Source of the DNA: SAR86 cluster bacterium
Lineage (GTDB): Bacteria > Pseudomonadota > Gammaproteobacteria > Magnimaribacterales > TMED112
Assembly: GCA_003331635.1 (NCBI GenBank)
Contig: QOPH01000002.1
Coordinates: forward strand, 210,412-274,411
Reading direction: 5' to 3'
DNA length: 64,000 nucleotides
Shown: positions 46,087-56,610 of the stretch, piece after piece
Layout: every line of letters begins with the position of its first letter
How positions within the stretch are numbered: position 1 is the stretch's first letter
Program-made: the position numbers and the translations under genes
Notes under the pieces: generated by a model
Seen by the model: the letters and a program-made list of their open reading frames with translations, nothing else
The model's database searches: none
Told to the model about the DNA's origin: nothing

Positions 46087-47792
46087 TGATTATTGAAGAA
46101 CTAAATCAAGAGTTAAGAGAAGCAGTAAAAAAACTCAGTAAAGAAAGGGATTTAGATATCATTCCTAAAGATAAAGATATTGAGTTTGAGATAAGCGATG
46201 ATATTAATAGAGCTCACTTTTCATCGAGCTCTCCATTAAAACTTGCTAAATTTTTTAAAACAAATCCGGTAGAGTTAGCAAAAGATATTAGTGCAAAAAT
46301 AAATCATAAAGCTATTTCAAAATACTCCGTGGAAGGTGCTGGTTTTATAAATATATTTATTAATAAAAATTACATCTCTGATGAAGTTAAAAAAGTACTA
46401 AAGTACAACGAAGAGTGGGGAAAGAAAAAATTAAAAAAAGAGAGAGTTTTAGTAGAGTTTGTTTCCTCTAACCCGACTGGACCTCTTCATATTGGGCATG
46501 CAAGAGGAGCTGTTCTGGGAAATATAATTTCAAATTTACTCAGCAATCAAGGTCATGAAGTGACTAAAGAATATTACGTTAATGATGCTGGCAGACAAAT
46601 TAATATTCTCGCTTTGAGCATAATGCTTGAAACTTTTCAAAATAAAATTAATAAAGAAGGCTTGTATCAAGGCAGCTACATTAAAGATTTAGCTAAGAAA
46701 TTTATGGAAGCTAAACTGGTTGATGAAATTAATAATCCATTAGATAAATTTTCTGATGATCCTGATGAAAGAATTGACCAACTCATCTCACACTATAAAA
46801 AAGATTCACCAAAAACCTGGATTCAAATTAGATATTTTTCTGTTAATGAGATGATCAAGCTAATAAAGGATGACCTATTAAGAATGGGAATTCTTCATGA
46901 TGAATGGTTTTATGAAAGCTCTCTTGGTTCAATTGAAAAAAAAGGATCTAGTGTTACTAAAGCTTTAGATGAACTTGTTAAGTCAAAGAATACTTTTGAG
47001 AAGGATGGCGCCATATGGTTTGAGGGAACAAAATATGGGGATGATAAAGACAGAGTTTTATTAAGGGCCAATAAGGAGCCTACTTATTACCTAACAGATG
47101 TTGGATATCATAAAGATAAAATTGATAGAAACTATGACCATTACATAAATATTTTTGGTGCCGATCATCACGGATATGTAACTAGACTTACTTCGGCTTT
47201 TAATTTAATTAAAAAACCAAACCAAAATATTGAACATATTCTTTATCAATTAGTGAATCTTTACGAGGGTGGAAGAAAGAACACTATGTCTACCAGAAAA
47301 GGTAAATTTTTATCTTTAAATGATTTATTGAGTGAATATAATTCAGATCTTATCAAATTCTTTTTTCTCGAAAAGAAATATGACCACGAAATAGATTTTG
47401 ATACCAAACTTGCAAAAGAAAATAGTAAAAATAATCCTTATTTCTACACAATGTATGCATATGTAAGATCTTGTTCAATTTTAGAAAAGAGAAAACCAAA
47501 TTTAGACAAAAATTTAGATAAAAATGAGCTAATTAAAAATTATGATCTACTCTCAAAAATAATAAATTTCCCAATCTATTTAGAAAAGTTTACTTTAGAG
47601 AGGTCTCCTCACTCTCTTGTTCATTTTACAAAAGAACTTGCAGCAAATTATCATTCATTCTACGAGCAAAACCCCGTAATAACAGATAATCAGGAAGAAT
47701 CTAATGCAAGACTTTTAATTACAAAAGCAACAAGTATTGTCCTAAAAAATAGCTTTAAAATAATTGGGGTTACTCCTTTGGAGAAAATGTAA
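46086..47792 (+). CDS. argS: arginine--tRNA ligase
   Basis: 568 aa with the class I HIGH motif (NPTGPLHIGHARG), an MSTRKG KMSK-like motif, and a C-terminal DALR-type anticodon-binding region. Confidence 0.95.
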   Translation: MIIEELNQELREAVKKLSKERDLDIIPKDKDIEFEISDDINRAHFSSSSPLKLAKFFKTNPVELAKDISAKINHKAISKYSVEGAGFINIFINKNYISDEVKKVLKYNEEWGKKKLKKERVLVEFVSSNPTGPLHIGHARGAVLGNIISNLLSNQGHEVTKEYYVNDAGRQINILALSIMLETFQNKINKEGLYQGSYIKDLAKKFMEAKLVDEINNPLDKFSDDPDERIDQLISHYKKDSPKTWIQIRYFSVNEMIKLIKDDLLRMGILHDEWFYESSLGSIEKKGSSVTKALDELVKSKNTFEKDGAIWFEGTKYGDDKDRVLLRANKEPTYYLTDVGYHKDKIDRNYDHYINIFGADHHGYVTRLTSAFNLIKKPNQNIEHILYQLVNLYEGGRKNTMSTRKGKFLSLNDLLSEYNSDLIKFFFLEKKYDHEIDFDTKLAKENSKNNPYFYTMYAYVRSCSILEKRKPNLDKNLDKNELIKNYDLLSKIINFPIYLEKFTLERSPHSLVHFTKELAANYHSFYEQNPVITDNQEESNARLLITKATSIVLKNSFKIIGVTPLEKM

Positions 47793-47794
47793 AA

Positions 47795-48289
47795 ATGGCG
47801 AGAATTGATTACAAATCTAATAAATTTCCCCTTAAACTTGCCCCAACACTATTTGTTACTGCAGTGGCCACCTTCACTATGTCTTTACTAGTGATTTTTG
47901 TTCTGGATGGAAAAAAAGATTATTTAGATCTAAGCAAGTTTAAAGTTCAAGAAATAAGTTATGAATTTCAAACTATTTTAGAAAATGACTCTTTCGAAGA
48001 AGTTAATTTTATAAAGGAGTTACCAAATGAGATTTGTGAATTCTTTGCTCAATCAGGAAGTTTTAGAACTTTCGAAGCAGCACAGAGTCAGGTTGTTCAA
48101 TTAGATAAAATTGGTTATGAAGCATTTCCAGAGAAAGTAAGAAGTTCAAATGATTTCAACTACAGAGTAATAGTAGGTCCATTCGAAAATAAATCAGAAA
48201 TGAATAATGCTAGAGAGGACTTTCGAAGATTAAATATGGATTCTAGAGCAATTAAAAATTGTAAGAAAATATCAGATGTCTCTGATTAG
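47795..48289 (+). CDS. SPOR-domain membrane protein (FtsN/DedD-like)
   Basis: 164 aa with an N-terminal TM helix. The C-terminal SPOR-like beta-alpha-beta repeat is FRTFEAAQSQV...YRVIVGPFENKSEMNNA. Confidence 0.7.
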   Translation: MARIDYKSNKFPLKLAPTLFVTAVATFTMSLLVIFVLDGKKDYLDLSKFKVQEISYEFQTILENDSFEEVNFIKELPNEICEFFAQSGSFRTFEAAQSQVVQLDKIGYEAFPEKVRSSNDFNYRVIVGPFENKSEMNNAREDFRRLNMDSRAIKNCKKISDVSD

Positions 48290-48914
48290 CTACCAAAAAA
48301 TTAAAGAAGAACTTGCCAACAAGCAAAAATTAATTGCTGTCTCAAAAGGTCAAGATATTTCAAAGATAAAAAAGTTATATGATTTGGGACATCGAGACTT
48401 TGGAGAAAATTATTTACAAGAATTAATCAAAAAAAGCTCAATTTTACCTGCAGATATTCATTGGCATTTTTTAGGCAAAATTCAAACAAATAAAATCAAA
48501 AACATAATTAAGTTTTCTAGCTTGATACACTCAGTATCACGAAAAAAGGTTTATCAAAAAATTTTAAATACGGATGTTAAAAAAAAATGTAATTTTCTTC
48601 TTCAATTAAAACTTGGGAATGAAGGCTCTAAAGATGGATTGTCTGCAGAGGAGCTTATAAATATTGTTGAAAATCATGATAATGAATCATTGTTTTGTAT
48701 AAAGGGCATTATGGGAATTGCGCAGAATAATATTTCTGAAAAAGAAAAAAATAATCAATTTCAAATATGTAGAGAATTATTTTTTACATTAAAAGAAAAT
48801 TATAAAAACATTGATACACTTTCTTTAGGGATGTCTAATGACTATTCTTTAGCTATGTCCTATGGCTCAACAATGGTTAGGATTGGAACGAAGATTTTTG
48901 GAGAAAGAAAATAG
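48276..48914 (+). CDS. yggS: YggS-family PLP homeostasis protein
   Basis: 212 aa with LIAVSKGQ (PLP Lys), FGENYLQE, HFLGKIQTNK and a RIGTKIFGER C-terminus. Confidence 0.9.
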   Translation: MSLISYQKIKEELANKQKLIAVSKGQDISKIKKLYDLGHRDFGENYLQELIKKSSILPADIHWHFLGKIQTNKIKNIIKFSSLIHSVSRKKVYQKILNTDVKKKCNFLLQLKLGNEGSKDGLSAEELINIVENHDNESLFCIKGIMGIAQNNISEKEKNNQFQICRELFFTLKENYKNIDTLSLGMSNDYSLAMSYGSTMVRIGTKIFGERK

Positions 48915-49441
48915 TGTTGGTTCAGTTTATAAATATTTTTATATATTTAATCTTAATATTATTTCTTTCTGAATTGGCTAGAGCAGATAGTTACAACAAG
49001 ATCTCTAGGATAATCAAGATTTTGCTTTATCCTTTCCTGATTGTATTCAATATAAATTACAAAAAAATAAATATAGGACTACTTATTCTTTCTTCGCTTC
49101 TAGCTTTTATCTTCTATTATATTTCCTTTCCCAGTATTGGTTTTGTAGCTCAAGCAAACTTAGCAATCTTTAAGGTATCTATGGCACTTTTAGGAATTCT
49201 TAAATTTGTAATTATTGCTGGTGTAATAATTAGCTGGATTTATGCTTTTGGAATTAACTTTAGTAATTCTTTTACTTCTCTTATTCAACAGCTGTATGAG
49301 GTTACAGTTTCCGTATTTAGAAATATAATTCCTCCAGCAGGAGGTTTTGATCTAAGTCCGCTAATCGCTTTTTTTGCATTTCAGTTGGCAGAAAGACTGC
49401 TTTCTATTCTTTTATTTGAAATATTGCCAAACTTAACTTGA
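48914..49441 (+). CDS. yggT: YggT-family membrane protein
   Basis: 175 aa with four or more TM helices and a GTG start abutting the yggS stop. yggS-yggT synteny is present. Confidence 0.7.
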   Translation: MLVQFINIFIYLILILFLSELARADSYNKISRIIKILLYPFLIVFNINYKKINIGLLILSSLLAFIFYYISFPSIGFVAQANLAIFKVSMALLGILKFVIIAGVIISWIYAFGINFSNSFTSLIQQLYEVTVSVFRNIIPPAGGFDLSPLIAFFAFQLAERLLSILLFEILPNLT

Positions 49442-50050
49442 TTTTTGCAAAATAAGTTCTTTAATCTTATTTTTTTTAATTAAAGCTTTTTTGTAAAAAC
49501 TTGATTCATTATAAGTTATAGGAAATAGCCTTTTACTTAGTGAAAGTTTATTTTGTAATTTTATTTCTTCTTCTATATGGTTCTGATACTTTTGTGAATC
49601 CGTGATAATTTGTATAAGTCCATTATCAGATAATTTATTTGATAAATAGATTAAAAATTCTTTGGTAACCAATCTTCTCTTAATGTGTTTTTTTTTAGGC
49701 CACGGGTCAGGGAAATGAATGCGAATGAAATCAAAACAAAATTTAACTTTTTCCAAAAGCTCTCTTACATCTCCGTTAAATAAGATCATATTTTCAACAT
49801 CATTTTTCTCGAAAAATTCCACGGCTCTAGAAAAACCTTTTTTATATGGTTCAACTCCAAAAAAGAGAAAGTCGTTATTTTCAATAATATCCTTACAAAA
49901 GGAAGCACTATCCCCGAAACCAACATCAAGAACTTTTTGTTCATGAATTATTAATTTTTTCTCAGAAAACATGCATTTTGATTTTTTATGTAAATAAAAT
50001 TTATTTGTTTCAGATAGTCTTCCTGCTCTAGAACTAAAAGTCTTTATCAT
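49433..50050 (-). CDS. trmB: tRNA (guanine46-N7)-methyltransferase
   Basis: 205 aa with the SAM motif VLDVGFGDS and the characteristic HFPDPWPKKKHIKRR motif. Confidence 0.85.
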   Translation of the reverse strand: MIKTFSSRAGRLSETNKFYLHKKSKCMFSEKKLIIHEQKVLDVGFGDSASFCKDIIENNDFLFFGVEPYKKGFSRAVEFFEKNDVENMILFNGDVRELLEKVKFCFDFIRIHFPDPWPKKKHIKRRLVTKEFLIYLSNKLSDNGLIQIITDSQKYQNHIEEEIKLQNKLSLSKRLFPITYNESSFYKKALIKKNKIKELILQKSS

Positions 50051-50838
50051 TTTAAAAACTTCGTTGGAGAACTAGCAATAGAACTTTTTGATCTTGACAT
50101 TCTTCCTGCTAAAAAAGTTTTCCTTCCTGACTTCACTCCATTTTTAAATGCAGATGCCATAAGAATTGGTTCTTTAGCATATGCAATTGCGCTATTCACT
50201 AAAACCGCATCATATCCTAGTTCCATGACTCTTGCTGCCTCTGATGGAACTCCTATACCTGCATCAACAATTAAAATTTGTTCAATTTTATTTCTAAGCA
50301 AAATTAGATCATCGAGATCATCAAACCCTCTCCCTGAGCCAATTGATGATCCAAGTGGCATAATTGCAACACAACCTAAATCTTCAAGTTTTAGACAATT
50401 ATTTAGATCTCTATCGCAATAAACATAAACCTCAAAATTATCTTTTACCATCATTTCTGCAGCTTTAATTGTTTCTGGCATATTTGGGTCTAAATTTTCG
50501 GAGGAGGTAATTATTTCTAACTTTATTAAATTTGTTTTAAATAACTCTCTTGATAATTGTGCAGACCTAAGAGCTTCTTTTGCATTAAGAGTGCCCGCAG
50601 TATTAGGAAGAACTTTTTTATCTCCAATAACCTCTAAAATATTACTTATTGCGTCGTGTTGAGAAAAACGCTTTATAGCCAAAGTGACTAATTCAGCACC
50701 AGAAGAATTAATTGCTTTTGAAGCTATATTTTCAGAGGTATATTTTCCTGTTCCAACTATCAGTCTTGATGAATAAACGTGTGAACCAATTTTTAAGTTA
50801 TCCACCGCCAACTGCTGAGATAATTTCGATTTTGTCAT
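50047..50838 (-). CDS. thiG: thiazole synthase
   Basis: 263 aa with SSRLIVGTGKY, an IKLE region, VMPLGSSIGSGRG and VDAGIGVPSEAA. The true start may be the downstream TTG or GTG (50811 or 50805); all options overlap thiS. Confidence 0.9.
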   Translation of the reverse strand: MTKSKLSQQLAVDNLKIGSHVYSSRLIVGTGKYTSENIASKAINSSGAELVTLAIKRFSQHDAISNILEVIGDKKVLPNTAGTLNAKEALRSAQLSRELFKTNLIKLEIITSSENLDPNMPETIKAAEMMVKDNFEVYVYCDRDLNNCLKLEDLGCVAIMPLGSSIGSGRGFDDLDDLILLRNKIEQILIVDAGIGVPSEAARVMELGYDAVLVNSAIAYAKEPILMASAFKNGVKSGRKTFLAGRMSRSKSSIASSPTKFLK

Positions 50839-51004
50839 TTTCTTGAATACTATAATCAGAAAATTTTACACTAGGAACTATTTCTCCATTTATTTCAACT
50901 GCAAAGGGTCTGTCTTTTGGAGCAAAAGTATTCAATATAATTTCCAGATTTGTGGATTCTACTTGTTCAACTGTTCCGTTTAATTGGATTTTGATTCTAG
51001 ACAT
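50798..51004 (-). CDS. thiS: sulfur-carrier protein ThiS
   Basis: 68 aa with a ubiquitin-like length and a C-terminal ...AVGGG (Gly-Gly end). It lies immediately upstream of thiG. Confidence 0.8.
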   Translation of the reverse strand: MSRIKIQLNGTVEQVESTNLEIILNTFAPKDRPFAVEINGEIVPSVKFSDYSIQENDKIEIISAVGGG

Positions 51005-51845
51005 TTACTAAAGCTGTTTTGAGTTTCTTAAACGCAGTAGCTTCAATCTGTCTAATTCTCTCAGCGGAAACAGAATATTTATCCGCTAATTCATTTAGGG
51101 TAGTTTTATTATCATCTAGCCATCTAGCTCTGATGATATCTTGTGATCTTTTATCGAGTGCTGAAATATTTTTAATTAATGCTGTGTGATTTACATCTTC
51201 ATAATTTTTTTGTTCAGCAATATCTTCTGGATTAAAACTATTATCTTCAAGATACTGGCTAGGTGAGAATGCTTTTTCATTATCTTCTACTTCAGTAGGT
51301 GCATCGAAAGGCGAATCTGCTGAATTTAATCTATTTTCCATATGCATTACTTCTTTAACTGAAACATCTAATTCTTTTGCGATTCTTTTGGCCTCTTCAT
51401 CTGTAAGCCAGCCAGTGTTCTTTTTCTTACTTCTTAAATTAAAAAAGAGTTTTCTTTGTGCTTTTGTGGTGGCTATTTTAACTATTCTCCAGTTTTTGAG
51501 AATAAATTCATGAATCTCAGCCTTAATCCAATGGACTGCAAAAGAAACTAGTCTAACGCCTTTATTTGGATCAAATTTTGTGACAGCTTTTAGTAATCCA
51601 ACATTACCCTCTTGAATAATGTCAGCTAGAGGCAGTCCATAACCTGCATAACTTTTTGCGATATGCACAACAAATCTAAGATGTGAAATCACAAGCTTGT
51701 GAGCAAGTTTTACATCTTCGGTTTCAAAAAATTCAGTGGTAAGCTCTAACTCTTCTTCTCTAGTTAGAACTGGAATTTTATAAACTTGACTCAGATATTT
51801 ATCAATATCTGAACCAGGATTCGAAAGGGCTAACGCGTAACTCAT
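50997..51845 (-). CDS. rpoH: RNA polymerase sigma-32 (heat-shock sigma factor)
   Basis: 282 aa with sigma-70 regions 2 and 4 and the diagnostic RpoH box TKAQRKLFFNLRSKK. Confidence 0.92.
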   Translation of the reverse strand: MSYALALSNPGSDIDKYLSQVYKIPVLTREEELELTTEFFETEDVKLAHKLVISHLRFVVHIAKSYAGYGLPLADIIQEGNVGLLKAVTKFDPNKGVRLVSFAVHWIKAEIHEFILKNWRIVKIATTKAQRKLFFNLRSKKKNTGWLTDEEAKRIAKELDVSVKEVMHMENRLNSADSPFDAPTEVEDNEKAFSPSQYLEDNSFNPEDIAEQKNYEDVNHTALIKNISALDKRSQDIIRARWLDDNKTTLNELADKYSVSAERIRQIEATAFKKLKTALVNV

Positions 51846-51979
51846 AACAAATTTCTATATTGTATTATAAACTCTGTTTATCTTTTTACAACAGGATTGA
51901 CATATTAGCATTTAAATTTGCAATAAATCAAGAAATATTAAGCACTTGGAAATTAATTAATTTAGAATATTTTGCAGAT

Positions 51980-52126
51980 ATGAATAATGAGAAAAAATTA
52001 AAAAAACTTAAAGCTGGCTTACTGCTACTTAGCAGAGATAGAGAAGTAGTTTACTCTTTTCATGAGACTTTTGATTTAGTTGATGAACTTATCGAAATTG
52101 TTGATGAATTGCTAGAAAAAGATTAG
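51980..52126 (+). CDS. possible small acidic protein (48 aa), hypothetical
   Basis: Track ORF 51860..52126 trimmed to the first ATG (MNNEKKLKKLKAG...DELLEKD). A TTGACA hexamer lies at 51897-51902 upstream. No SD or family is recognised, so it may be spurious. Confidence 0.2.
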   Translation: MNNEKKLKKLKAGLLLLSRDREVVYSFHETFDLVDELIEIVDELLEKD

Positions 52127-52132
52127 TTATTT

Positions 52133-52876
52133 TTAACTGTTCGAAAAGAAGAAGGTATTACCTTCGAAATTTTTTAGCTTAAAGCCTAATCCTTCAAACT
52201 CTTTAATATCTTCGAGCTTATCAATTCTGTTTTGTATTAAGAATCTAGCCATTTCACCTCGAGCTCTTTTTGCTATAACTCCTATTACCTTCTCTTTGCC
52301 TCCAGACATACTTAGAAATTTAAACTCAATAACTTTTTTAGGATCTACATTTTTTTTGACTACTGAAAAATATTCTTCGGATGCAAGATTAAAAATATTT
52401 TCTCTTGGAAAATCAGAATTAATTGAATTTGCTACTTTATCTCCCCAAAATTCATATAGGTTGCCGGCAGAATTTACTGAAAAATTTGTACCCATTTCAA
52501 GTCTGTAAGGATTAATCTCATCAGATGGTTTCAAGATTCCATATATACCCGACAAAATTCTAAGTTTTTTATTCATATAATTTAAATCCTCTGCGCTCAT
52601 TCCTTTCGCATTAAGGTTCTTAAATACATCTCCCTCAAAAAGAAAAATAGCTCTTTTCTCTTGTTGATTTGGTTTGTTCCAGTTTTTGTATCTGTCTGCG
52701 TTTATTTTTGCTATGTCATCGCTTACCTTCATTAATGATTTAAGGCCCGATATATCAAGCTTTGTTAATTCTGATGCAATTAAATCAGCTTCTTTAGCGA
52801 ATAATGGTTTTGTTGAATTTAGACTTGAATCAAATGATTCTGTTTGTAATCTTTTTGCTGGTGAAATTAAAATCAT
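52133..52876 (-). CDS. yaaA: peroxide stress protein YaaA (UPF0246)
   Basis: 247 aa. [10 protein letters not shown]..., [10 protein letters not shown] and NPYRLEMG align by eye with E. coli YaaA. Confidence 0.9.
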   Translation of the reverse strand: MILISPAKRLQTESFDSSLNSTKPLFAKEADLIASELTKLDISGLKSLMKVSDDIAKINADRYKNWNKPNQQEKRAIFLFEGDVFKNLNAKGMSAEDLNYMNKKLRILSGIYGILKPSDEINPYRLEMGTNFSVNSAGNLYEFWGDKVANSINSDFPRENIFNLASEEYFSVVKKNVDPKKVIEFKFLSMSGGKEKVIGVIAKRARGEMARFLIQNRIDKLEDIKEFEGLGFKLKNFEGNTFFFSNS

Positions 52877-53844
52877 GCTAAACCTACGTTATTAAATTCT
52901 AAAGCTCTTTCTGCCCTATAACTTGATCTAACAAAAGGGCCAGATACAACTTCTTTAAATCCATATTCTAAACCTTCTTTTCTATATTTCTCAAACTCAT
53001 CTGGGGTAACCCATCTATCAATTGGCAAATGATTTAAAGTTGGTCTCAGGTACTGTCCTAAGGTAACAATGTCTACTTCATGCAACCTTAAATCTTCAAA
53101 AGTTTTATTAATTTCTTCGTCTGTTTCTCCCATCCCCAAAATAATGCTAGATTTTGTAATAATATTTGAGTTGAGTTCTTTTGCCTTTTTTAAGACTGTT
53201 AAAGTCTTTTGATAGCCAGCTCTTGGATCGCGTATAGGATGTGTCAGCCTCTCTACAGTCTCAAGATTTTGTGCAAAAACTTTAATGGACGATTCAACAA
53301 CTGTTTTTATTGATTCAATAGAACCATTAAAGTCTGAGGTTAATACTTCTACAGCTATAGTCGAATCTTTCTTTTTAATTTCTTCTACTGTTTTTGCAAA
53401 ATGTTCTGCTCCGCCATCAGCTAAATCATCACGGTTTACACAAGTCAAAACTATATACTTCAACCCCATCTTAAAAACAGTGTCTGCAATATTCTTTGGC
53501 TCGTCTTCATCTAACCAACCTTTTGGATTACCAGTATTGACTGAACAAAATTGACAGGCTCTGGTGCAAGTATCACCCATTAACATAAATGTTGCTGTAC
53601 CCCTTGACCAACATTCAGACAAATTTGGACATTTTGCTTCCTCACATACAGTGCTTAATTTTAAATCAGCAACAGAGTTTTTAATTTCTGAAAAATTTTT
53701 ATTCACTTGGTGAGCAGTCATTCTTATCCATTTGGGTTTATTTTCCCTTTCTATTAAAGAATAATCATTGCCCTTCATTCCATCTTTGATTGATGAAACT
53801 CCAACATGATTAATAATTTTGACTGTAGGTATTATCTCTTTCAT
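52873..53844 (-). CDS. lipA: lipoyl synthase
   Basis: 323 aa with the auxiliary cluster motif [13 protein letters not shown] and the radical-SAM motif CTRACQFC. Confidence 0.95.
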   Translation of the reverse strand: MKEIIPTVKIINHVGVSSIKDGMKGNDYSLIERENKPKWIRMTAHQVNKNFSEIKNSVADLKLSTVCEEAKCPNLSECWSRGTATFMLMGDTCTRACQFCSVNTGNPKGWLDEDEPKNIADTVFKMGLKYIVLTCVNRDDLADGGAEHFAKTVEEIKKKDSTIAVEVLTSDFNGSIESIKTVVESSIKVFAQNLETVERLTHPIRDPRAGYQKTLTVLKKAKELNSNIITKSSIILGMGETDEEINKTFEDLRLHEVDIVTLGQYLRPTLNHLPIDRWVTPDEFEKYRKEGLEYGFKEVVSGPFVRSSYRAERALEFNNVGLA

Positions 53845-54431
53845 TTATTAATTACTTTTTTAAAACCTTGTAGAAGTTTTTTCAATAGCTCTTTTTTATC
53901 TATATCTATATAGTCTATTAAATTACAAGCCTCCACATCTAGACCACAAGGGCTAATTGAATTAAAAGTTTTCAAATCTGTTTCAAAATTAATGCTCAAG
54001 CCATGATATGAAACATGGTTTTTAATTCTCATACCAATTGAAGCAAGCTTTTTATTATTTATGTATATACCAGGATCCTCAAGATTGATTTGATGTTCAA
54101 GGCCAAATGACCAAAGTGTATCTGATGTTGAATTAAGTATTGTGCTTGTAAGGTTTGTAGGTTTAAAGGAGACTTCTTTCAAATTTAAAATAAAGTAAAT
54201 AATAATTTGACCTGGAGCATGAAAAGTAATTTTTCCACCCCTATCAGTTTTTATAACTGGAGGATTTTTTGACATGTCTTCTTCTATATTTTTTTCACTT
54301 ATTCCGATAGTAAAAACTGGTGGATGTTCAACAACCCAAATATGATGAATTTTTGGAGAAGATTTAACTAGAGCAATCATTTCATCTCTACATTCTTGAT
54401 AATTAACCAATCCTTTGTGTTCGATAATCAA
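53841..54431 (-). CDS. lipB: lipoyl(octanoyl) transferase
   Basis: 196 aa with [13 protein letters not shown], and KLASIGMRI followed by HGLSINF. Confidence 0.9.
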   Translation of the reverse strand: MIIEHKGLVNYQECRDEMIALVKSSPKIHHIWVVEHPPVFTIGISEKNIEEDMSKNPPVIKTDRGGKITFHAPGQIIIYFILNLKEVSFKPTNLTSTILNSTSDTLWSFGLEHQINLEDPGIYINNKKLASIGMRIKNHVSYHGLSINFETDLKTFNSISPCGLDVEACNLIDYIDIDKKELLKKLLQGFKKVINK

Positions 54432-56605
54432 TTAGTTTTCTCCAGGTTTGCATAGCCTAGAACTAACCATTTTGTTCCAAAATCTGCAAAATTAACTTGT
54501 ACTTTCGAAAGCTCTCCCTCACCCTCAATGCTGAGTATTGTACCCAGACCAAATTTCTCATGAACAACTGAATCTCCTAAAGAAAACTCATGGGAATTTT
54601 CATCACCTGAGTCGAAGCTGTTTGCTGTTCCATAATAACTTGTTTTATAGGACTGTCTTGGACGAACAAAGTCTGTATGCTCATCAGGAATCTCTTTAAT
54701 AAATCTTGAGGGTGGGTTGTATGAGTCATTTCCGTACATTCTTCTATATTCTGCATAACTCAAATACAATTTCTGTCTAGCTCTTGTAATTCCTACATAG
54801 CACAAACGACGCTCTTCTTCCAATTCACTTATATTCTCAACAGATCTAGAATGAGGAAATAAATTTTCTTCCATCCCAACTAAGAAAACATGTTTGAATT
54901 CCAAACCTTTTGCAGAATGGATAGTCATCAGCTGGACAGCATCATCGTATTTATCTGCTTGAGTCTCGCCCATATCTAAGGAGACTGAAGAAAGAAAAGC
55001 TGCAAGCATTGAGTCATAGTCTGATAAATCCTCATTCTTATTTAGAATCTCAAAAGATTTTACAGCTGTTATTAATTCATTAATATTTTCAACACGAATC
55101 TTTCCTTTTTCACCTGACTCTTTCATGTGGTGATCAATCAAACCACTATGATTAATAACAAATTCAACTAGTTCTGATGCTGAGATTTCTTGAAGTTTTT
55201 CGTTATATGTTTCAAATTGGGAAGTGAAATTTTTTATTGAATTTTGAGCTTTACCTTTAATCTTATCCTCACTCGCCATTTGCTCTGATGATGCAAATAA
55301 AGATAGGTTATTCTCATTGCTGTAATTCCTAATGTTCTCAATCGTTTTTTCTCCAACTCCTCTAGATGGAACTCCAATAGCCCTCTCGAAAGCAGTATTA
55401 TCATTTTTATTTACTATTAATCTTAGATAGCTTATGACATTTTTAATCTCGAGCCTTTCATAAAATCTTACTCCTCCATAAATTACATATGGAATATTAT
55501 TTCTTAAAAGGTACTCCTCAATAATCCTTGATTGCGCATTAGATCTATACAAAACTGCAACTTCTTTATAGTTGTCATTATTGTCGACAATTCTATGTAC
55601 TGATTCAGATACATAACTTGCCTCTTCTTGCTCACTATAAGCTTCAAAAATATCGATTTTATCTCCCTCACCTAAAGCAGTCCAAAGCTTCTTTCCAAGT
55701 CTATTTGTATTCTTATCTATTACAGCATTTGCAGCATCTAATATGTTTGATGTAGACCTATAGTTCTGTTCAAGCCTCGTTACCTCTGTTCCTTTATCTT
55801 TTGCAAAATGATTAATATTTTCAATTTTAGCTCCCCGCCACCCATATATTGATTGGTCATCGTCTCCGACTGTAGTAACAAAAGTTTTTTCATCTAAAAG
55901 ATTTCTCATCCATTTATATTGAAGAGTGTTTGTATCTTGAAACTCATCTACTAAGACACATCTAAATTTTTTTTGATATAGAGAACGAATTTCAGCATTA
56001 TCTCGAATTAGTTCGTAAGATCTTAGTATTAGTTCGTTAAAATCAACTAAATTTTCTTGTTCAAGATACTTTTCATACGCAATATAAATCTTCTTTAGAA
56101 CTTCTATATTAAAGTCGCCTTTATCATCAATATCTTTGGGGCGAAGAGCATCATCTTTCCAAGTATTAATTTGCCATCTTACTTTCTCGGGAACCCATTG
56201 GTCATCATCTAATTCAAGAATTTTTAAGATTCTTTTAATCACTCTTAACTGATCATCGCTGTCAAGAATAGCAAAATCTCTATCAAGATTTGCCTCAGAA
56301 AAATGTCTTCTTAGCAGTCTATTTGAAATGGAATGAAATGTTCCACACCACATTTCAGGAATAGGCTGCTCGAGAATCTCTTCAATTCTTCCTTTCATTT
56401 CACTGGCAGCCTTATTTGTAAAAGTTACGGCGAGAATACTGTGTGTTGAAAAAGACAGAGCTTTATTTAGCCAAGCGATACGATGAACTAAAACTTTAGT
56501 TTTGCCTGAGCCTGCTCCTGCAAGTACAAGTAATTTTTTTGAATCCGAAGTAACAGCATCTCTTTGTGCTTCATTAAGTCCATCTAAAATGAATGAAACA
56601 TCCAT
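54428..56605 (-). CDS. uvrD: DNA helicase II (UvrD/Rep family)
   Basis: 725 aa with Walker A AGAGSGKT, VDEFQDTN, and the conserved UvrD C-terminal tudor-like segment GDSVVHEKFGLGTI. Confidence 0.9.
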   Translation of the reverse strand: MDVSFILDGLNEAQRDAVTSDSKKLLVLAGAGSGKTKVLVHRIAWLNKALSFSTHSILAVTFTNKAASEMKGRIEEILEQPIPEMWCGTFHSISNRLLRRHFSEANLDRDFAILDSDDQLRVIKRILKILELDDDQWVPEKVRWQINTWKDDALRPKDIDDKGDFNIEVLKKIYIAYEKYLEQENLVDFNELILRSYELIRDNAEIRSLYQKKFRCVLVDEFQDTNTLQYKWMRNLLDEKTFVTTVGDDDQSIYGWRGAKIENINHFAKDKGTEVTRLEQNYRSTSNILDAANAVIDKNTNRLGKKLWTALGEGDKIDIFEAYSEQEEASYVSESVHRIVDNNDNYKEVAVLYRSNAQSRIIEEYLLRNNIPYVIYGGVRFYERLEIKNVISYLRLIVNKNDNTAFERAIGVPSRGVGEKTIENIRNYSNENNLSLFASSEQMASEDKIKGKAQNSIKNFTSQFETYNEKLQEISASELVEFVINHSGLIDHHMKESGEKGKIRVENINELITAVKSFEILNKNEDLSDYDSMLAAFLSSVSLDMGETQADKYDDAVQLMTIHSAKGLEFKHVFLVGMEENLFPHSRSVENISELEEERRLCYVGITRARQKLYLSYAEYRRMYGNDSYNPPSRFIKEIPDEHTDFVRPRQSYKTSYYGTANSFDSGDENSHEFSLGDSVVHEKFGLGTILSIEGEGELSKVQVNFADFGTKWLVLGYANLEKTN

Positions 56606-56610
56606 TTAAT

